A stretch of 64,000 nt of DNA from Octopus vulgaris (taxonomy: Eukaryota): positions 35,278,001 to 35,342,000 of the forward strand of contig OX597820.1 of NCBI GenBank assembly GCA_951406725.2, read 5' to 3'. This document shows positions 56,740 through 64,000 of this stretch, in pieces (within the stretch, counting starts at the first letter, position 1; each line of letters opens with the position of its first letter). Position numbers and translations under genes: made by a program. The notes under the pieces are model-generated. The model was given only the letters and a program-made list of their open reading frames with translations, was not told the origin of the DNA and did no database searches.

Positions 56740-57130
56740 GGGTCGTCGTAAACGATGGATTTGGTGTTCGTAGCTGATGATACGAAATTGAGATGTCACA
56801 TGCTGTGAGACCTTCTCCAGTGGCAAATTGGCGTGTTCAGCTACCAGCTCAGATTCCACTGCTCGTCAAAGTATCGGTCGCTTTCTGATAGGATTATGAT
56901 AGAATCTGTAGAAGGTTTATGGTAGAACCTCTGGTATTCTTACCCCCACCCTCACCACCCAATAGCCACTGCTACTGGGACAGATATGGCTATCTACAAG
57001 TGCGAGCCCCGTGAGTCAAAGTGGCTCTTCCAGCACATCTTCATCGCCATCTTCCGGGGCAACGCCTTTTCTATTTTGCCTTCAGGAACTATGAGGCGGT
57101 CTGAATTACAGGAAATTGAAAGAATATAAA
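56740..57130 (+). mobile_element. CRE-like RLE retrotransposon C-terminal remnant
   Basis: *DVTCCET (WDxTCxDT), KYRSLSD, and EPRESKWLFQHIFIAIFRGNAFSIL (FQRxSxAxQRGNA motif). Confidence 0.6.
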
Positions 57131-57779
57131 TTTCAAAGCTTAATTTTCTCTTTTTCTGCTTTTTCTTCTTTCCTTTCTTATAAGCCATTTAAAAGCACAC
57201 AAAAACCGCTAGATTCACGTCAACATTTAAATTTAATTTGTCAAAATATTTTCGTCACTTTGAAATTGCTATTGTTTACTGACAAAATTCTGTGCTGAAT
57301 TTTGTCAGTGAATTGTAAATATTATTGATTGTAATTATATTTAAATAAAAATATATATATATCGCGAAAAACACACGTGTCCTACGGTCTGATGACGTCA
57401 TTCATAACCCAGTGATTTGTTTTTCCCACATATTGTCTACAAGGAGAATTTCTTCCCCGAGGTAATTTCCATAACGAATGCACATTTGAGTGTATACGAA
57501 TGTGTACACACTTATACTTTGAGCAACGCTGCTTAGTTCACTTCTAGTTAACCATCTAAAAGGTGTCTGCGGCTCAATGACTCTCAAATGACATTTAATT
57601 TGAAGTAGTTTGTTTTTTTAGAACAAAAAACTCGATGCGCGTAGAGGATACCTCGGTTGTTTATTCATGTTCTGTGAGACCATTGTCGAACCTTGATCCT
57701 CATAGTCAGAGTAGATATGGAAGCTAAAATACCACCACAACAAACACAACAACTACAACAACTACAACTACAACAACAA

Positions 57780-59140
57780 TAACGTTGGAGAAATTTGAAC
57801 TCAATGCCGTTACTAAATACCCATTCGGAGGAACAAAAGACAAAACTAGCTTCAGCTGGAACTGAACCCAAAAACGTAAAGAACCGGAAGAAATGCTGCT
57901 TAGCATTTATCCGACGCTCTTACAATTCTGCAAGCTCACCAACCTAAACAGTTCCACGTTTTAGCTCAGACAGCAGCTTTGAAGGAAAAAACGTAGTTGC
58001 TACAATCGAACCCAAAACTTAACTGGTATATTATTTTATTAACTTATAAAGAAAAAAGTTAACCTCTGCAGGGTTTGATCTCAGAATGTAGATAGCCAAA
58101 AGGAATACCGTAAGGCATCTAGTCCGAGGCTGTAATAAGTATATTAATCTGTTGGCTTGACAACAGCAGAAATAGTCCTTTCTACTATAAGTACAAGGCT
58201 TGACATTTTGTGGGGTCTCCAGTCTCAAATATTAGTTATTTTATCGACCTCGGCGCAATTTGAATTCAGAACATAAAGAGTCGGAAGAAAAACCGCTAAG
58301 TATTTTGTCCGGCGCGCTAACAGTTCTGCCAACTCCGCGCCTAAATGGTTTCAAATTTTGGCACAAGGCCAGCAATTTTAGGGGAGGAAGAAGTTGATTA
58401 CAATCCTGCCGAATTCGACATTACCTTGTACTGAGAAGACTAAAGAATTACCACTAAGTATTTTGCCTGGCACGCTAAAGATTCTGCCAGCTCGCCACCT
58501 TAGCAATAGCAGTAATAAATATTTCTACTATAGGCACAAGGCCAGCAATTTCGTGGGAACGGGTAAGTCGATTACGTCGATTCCAGTGCCCGAATTATAC
58601 ATATGTTATTGACCCCAATATGATGAAAAACAAAGTCAACCACGGTGGAATTTGAACTCAGAATATAAAGAGAGACGCAGCGCCGGTAAGAATTTGGTCC
58701 GGTGTGCTAACAATACTGCCAGCTAACCGTCTTGGCAGTAACATTACTAACGGTTTCAAATATTTTCACAGAAGGCCAGCAATTTCGGGAAGCGGGTGGA
58801 TGGGTAGGTGGGCTAATTCGACCCCAGTATTCAATTGCTACTTATTTTATCGACTCCGATATGATGAACAGCAAAGTCGACCACGGCGGAATCTAAGCTC
58901 AGATCATAAAGACGGTCACAATGCCGGTAAGTATTTGGTCCGATGTGCTAACGATTCTGCCAGGTCGCTGCCGGCAATTTCGGGAAAGTGGGTAAGTGGA
59001 TTACAACAACTGGTGCTTGATTTATTGACTCCAAAAGGGATGGAATACTAAACTGACGACAGCGGAATTTGAACTCAGAACGTAAGGACGGACGTAGCGC
59101 CGGTAAGCATTTGGTCCGACCTGCTAACGATTCTGACTAA
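57780..59140 (-). mobile_element. Head-to-tail cluster of degraded SINE B copies
   Basis: Repeated ggaatttgaactcagaa and ggcacaaggccagcaattt. Confidence 0.8.
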
Positions 59141-59966
59141 AGACCCCCTTCCGTAATAAGTGACCATGGGATGCACCTAGAAAGTTCTCCTCCGAGGCAC
59201 ACAAGTCCGGGCAAGGTTGTTTATGGAAGACCAGCAGTCGCCCATGCATACCAGCCTCCCCTCTCCATGCCACTGATGTTATTCAAAGGAAAAGGAAAGG
59301 CAAAGACTAGTACAGGTTGGCCCCAGTGACGCTGCAACTCATTTCAACAGTTGAGTGAACTGGAGCAACGTGAAGTAAAGAACGTAACACACAGTCCAGT
59401 CCGAGAATCGAAATCACTACCTCATGATTATGAGCCCGATGCTCTGACCACTGAGCGCCCTTATATAATGGTAAGAAAACAACAACAGCTGCAGAGAACT
59501 ATTGTAATATTAATAATGGTGGAATAAACAAACAGGAAGTTGGACACTTATGAACAAACAACATCCGTCTTTGATGTGATAAATCTATATAGACGTCAAG
59601 AAGTAGGGAACTTGATATGATAAACTGCTTGTATCAGTTATGTTATCACATTAGGTTTATCACTGAGACTGCAAAACTGGAACTGTGGAAAAACAAACAA
59701 GCAGCTACGTAGGATGTACTGTGTTGACAGACAAATACCCTGGGTGGATGATGGGAAAAGATAGACTTCAAGATGTACATGCGTATATACATACATAAAT
59801 GCATACACACATAAACACAAACATAAATACATAAGCACACACGCACATACATATTTATGTGTATGTATGTCGTGTATGTATGTGTTTGTGAGTTTATATA
59901 TAGGTAAATACGCATACATATATGTATATATATATATAATATTAGTATATATACACATATATTAGA

Positions 59967-60069
<103 letters not shown>

Positions 60070-60112
60070 TACGAAATCGTAAAATATATTTGCCAACTAA
60101 ATGTGGCAGTCC

Positions 60113-60164
<52 letters not shown>

Positions 60165-60218
60165 CTATTATTAAAATATAATTTAGGGTATCTAAGAGAT
60201 ACCACCACGCTGGAAATA

Positions 60219-60363
60219 GCAGCCAAAACTTGACTCTAAAACCACATTAAATGTTCACACAGCACCAGGAGAGTAATTTTTTGCTAGTTTATTTTGTCCT
60301 TTTGTCTTCTCTCCTGGTGCTGTATGAACATTTAATGTGGTTTTAGAGTCAAGTTTTGGCTGC
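60219..60363. repeat. 55-bp inverted repeat with 35-nt spacer
   Basis: Arms 60219-60273 / 60309-60363, one mismatch. Confidence 0.9.
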
Positions 60364-63182
60364 ATACACTCTCACATTGTACGAGTCTTTTCATATTATG
60401 GAATTGATAAACTTTTAAGAAAACTAACTCACATCTCAAGACAATAATGTTCGTGTTTAAGAAGGTTTTTTTTTTAATATTCTATTGTCCCTCTTAACAT
60501 AGTCTTCTATTTTGTTGCAAACAACGGGTCCTGAGTTCCAATCGGAGGAAAAGTAGTTGTCTTAATATCCTGTTTTCTATGAAAGCAACAATCCGATTTA
60601 ATTATGACCCAATGAAAGTTGAGACTACTTCTGACGTATTGAAATGTTATATTAATTCATTTTTAATTCAGCAATTAGGAACATAACTCTTCGATATAAA
60701 AAGGTATACTATCTTTAAAATCTCTGCATTACCATCTTTGTTTTATTATTTATTTATTTATTTGTTAATTACTTAGTTAATTAGTTCGTTAGTAACTGAG
60801 CTGGTTAATGAATACCAGACAAACTCTTCTTCTTGTAGTAGTAATCATCGAAGGCTTTTCCTTCTGTCTTAGTAAATAAAAAAATGGTTCAGAACACAGT
60901 TATTGAAAAGGCAATTTTCTGGAACAGTGGTTCTCAACCGGGGTACATATGATCCATGAGACTCCATGTAAGATTTTATCGTCAAAATGTATGAGCAATA
61001 AATTGTTTTTACTTCTAGAATACACAAAATATTCTTAGAATTTTTCTACTGCAATTCCTAATCTAGGATTTTCCGTATATGACACATATTACTAATAAAA
61101 GTACTGAGGTATGTCTATCCCCATCTTTTGTTCTTTTACTTATTTTCCTCGTTTCAGTCATTGGACTGCGGTCATGCTTGGGCATTTCCTTGAAGGGTTT
61201 GGTCGAACATGTCGACACTAGGGCTCATTCTTTGTTTAAGTCCGGTACTTTATGTTATCGTCACCAGACAGTGCTCCAGCATGACCGCAGTCCACTGCCT
61301 GAAATAAATAAAAGAGTAAAGAAATATTTGCGTAGTAAAACACAGCAAAAGTCATCACAGATGTTTTTTACAGCCACCTACAATGTCGAACAGGAAAAAT
61401 ATATTACGTAAACAGTGCATTCCGTCATTCATACATGCATGTACGTATTCGACTTTCAAAGGTAAGTGACCATACATTCCAAATTGAAACATTAAACTAA
61501 GGAAGAAGGTAAAATTTCATTAATATATTAGCTTCTGTATCTTCCTGGTTATCTTACGTAAGTTGTACTCTTCCTTAAGTTTATGAAACATTCACCACAA
61601 CAGAATTACTAAACTCAAACTTCCGTTCCTTCGGAAATACAAGTTTTCCAAAAATTTATACCTTCAAGTATTTACACTTTGTCTCTGCTCTGTGGGCAAC
61701 CCGTGGATAAGGATATAGTCATCTCCCTTTTCTCATTATCCTACTCAGAGAAATTTCAGAAAGCTTATGGGTGTTGCTCTTTCTCCAGCGATTCAGCACC
61801 ATCATCATTAGCACCATCATCATTTAGCGCCCACTTGTCCGAGCTTACATGGGTGAGATAAAATTTTTTGGAACAAATTTTCTGTGGCGAGATGCTCTTC
61901 TTATTGCCAACCCTCACCAGTTTCCGAGCAAGGTAACTGGTAATTATGATATAACAATCGTTTTATTTTAGGTACAACGACAGCAATTATTAAAGTTTGG
62001 GTGTTAAGCGACAATAAAGACTCTAATACTTGACTGATATCTTATTTTATTGAACACGAAAGAATGAGGGCAAAGTTGACCTCGACAGGATTTGAACTCA
62101 AGAAATAAAAACCGTAAGGAATTCCGCACAGTATTTCTTTCGACGCTCTAGCAATTCTGCCTGGTCACCAATATTTTTAAGATATAAGAATTTTCAAAGA
62201 TATTTTTTAAAAAATACAGGATTATTAATGACAAGTAAGGAACGTAGCTATTTCTGTGTCTATCTGAATTAGTCATCTGATAGCATAGCCGTAGGTTTAA
62301 GAAGCTTACTTTCTTATGACGTGGTTCCAGGTTCGATAACGCTGCGAAGAACTTTGGACAAATGCATTCTATCATGGACTTGGGTCGGTCAAAGTTTCGT
62401 GGAAACATATCGAATACATGCATAACGCATTATGTTCGTATAGCCACACACACACAATAAATTAAAACTTGTTAAAAGGCCTACACAATGAAAACTAAAC
62501 GAAATACAGGCGTGGAATCAGAACAACAGTTAATGCTTTAGCATGTATTCCTTCAGTATTTCGGTGGTTAAAACTTCTTCATCAGGACATGGGGAGAAAT
62601 GGGTGACAGTATACCTTTGTTATCTTGGCTCAGCTATGTAGGAGAGGGTAATAGCATGCGCAGACCTGCGCATATATCGTAACCAATATTATGAGTCCGG
62701 AGTTTATTCAAATTTGCATGGTGTCTAAGCTGACAATATAAAACTGACTTATTTCCCCGCCACTCAACACGCTGAGATACTGAATGGGATGCTAGTCCAT
62801 TGTGGACTAATCCCTCACCACTCGCTCAGTTTTCACTGGTACTCATTTTCGATTATGTATGCTGGTGGAAGGTTAAATGAGGTGTCTTGTTCAATGCCGC
62901 AATGCTCTGCTCGCCTCGAGAATAGAAAACACGACCTAACGACTATGAGCTCAATGCCTAAAACACTGGGCAAGTTGCTTTTATATGTTGGAATGCATTA
63001 TCGTTTATAATTTCTTTACTTTTTTTACGTTGACGGAATGGATTACTGTTTCTAACACGCTTTAACATCACCACTAGGCTCTTTGGTACATCTAGCATAG
63101 TGCACTCTGGTTTAATGCAAGCATTCGAAACAGGTCCCTGGTTTAAGGAGACTTTCTTACCACTCCTCATTCAAACTCGGAC

Positions 63183-63251
63183 CTTCGGAAAATAGTCATG
63201 CGCACTACTAAACGATAAAACGAAATAAACAAACAAACCACCAAACCACAT
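63183..63251 (-). CDS. Candidate first coding exon encoding a signal peptide
   Basis: MWFGGLFVYFVLSFSSAHDYFPK followed by AAG|GT; non-repetitive context; TATAAA upstream; weak donor. Confidence 0.3.
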
Positions 63252-63307
63252 AGTAGTCTCAGTGGTGGCGGTGATTTGTGTCCCGGCTAGCGACGTAAAC
63301 AAGAGTG

Positions 63308-63313
63308 TTTATA
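63308..63313 (-). promoter_or_regulatory. Candidate TATA box
   Basis: TATAAA ~57 nt upstream of the candidate ATG. Confidence 0.22.
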
Positions 63314-63459
63314 TTGCAGGAGAAGCCGATTCGAGAGGTTTTCTCACGGTAACTATCGCAGTAACCTGTGTTCTAACAGAGCATCCACTTTTAAGTGGGT
63401 ATGAATATTACATCTTGGTGTTAATACTGCTTCTATCGCTACTATTTATATATAAAATA

Positions 63460-63508
<49 letters not shown>

Positions 63509-63637
63509 AAGCGCGTATATGTATATATTATATGTGTGTATATATATATATGTGTGTGTGTGTAATTATAGATAGATGGATAGATAGATAGATAGGTAGG
63601 TAGGTAGGTAGGTAGGTAGGTAGGTAGGTAGGTAGAT

Positions 63638-63706
<69 letters not shown>

Positions 63707-64000
63707 TTGATGACGTCATAACTACTTAGAATCTTCGAAAGGACTTGAAATAATTCTATTTTGGTAGCAGTGGGTCTCGAAGAAAATAATACTATAAATA
63801 ATAGCGTGTCCCACGGGCAGCTTTCGCTTATTTCTATATTTTAATACAATATTTACACCCTAAAATTATTGCCTTATTTGCTTCGAGATCCACTATTTCT
63901 CAAAAGAACACACCCCCCATACGTACACATGTGATATACATCACGTACATGAGCTTAGAGATTTAATACAAAATTATACGAGAAAGATAAAACATCAACA

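Noticed and set aside
56770-56800. ctgatgatacgaaa as a hammerhead, or VADDTK as an RT motif
   Set aside because: No helix I or II; better explained as part of the CRE-like RLE remnant.
56943-57099. Minus-strand exon with good splice signals
   Set aside because: Stops in all three frames; the plus strand is explained by the CRE-like remnant.

Overview
Eukaryotic, AT-rich, almost entirely repetitive DNA. The microsatellite load ((TA)n, (CA)n, (TAGA)n, (TACA)n, (TAA)n) and the SINE families resemble an octopus/coleoid cephalopod genome (inference). Nearly all ORFs in the track are microsatellite read-throughs. The real coding sequence is transposon-derived: a near-intact CR1-group LINE (CCCH-finger ORF1 plus APE-RT ORF2, 39.8-42.9 kb), a Dong/R4-type RT-RLE LINE sitting in a (TAA)n tract (44.2-46.1 kb) with two further 3' stubs also in TAA, a decayed mariner with TIRs (47.5-49.1 kb), and RTE, CR1, CRE-like, mariner, Helitron and MITE remnants. 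Four tRNA-derived SINE families and a truncated tRNA-Thr copy are also present. The most striking signal, invisible in the ORF track, is a set of non-coding elements from roughly seven sequence families. They carry minimal type I hammerhead ribozyme motifs (CUGANGA...GAAA...UH), usually as asymmetric fold-backs next to (TA)n, the architecture expected of non-autonomous Penelope-like elements. One family has a tRNA-like Pol III head joined to a hammerhead tail, a candidate Penelope-dependent SINE. A possible signal-peptide first exon of a host gene lies at 63.2 kb on the minus strand. All folds and alignments were done by eye.
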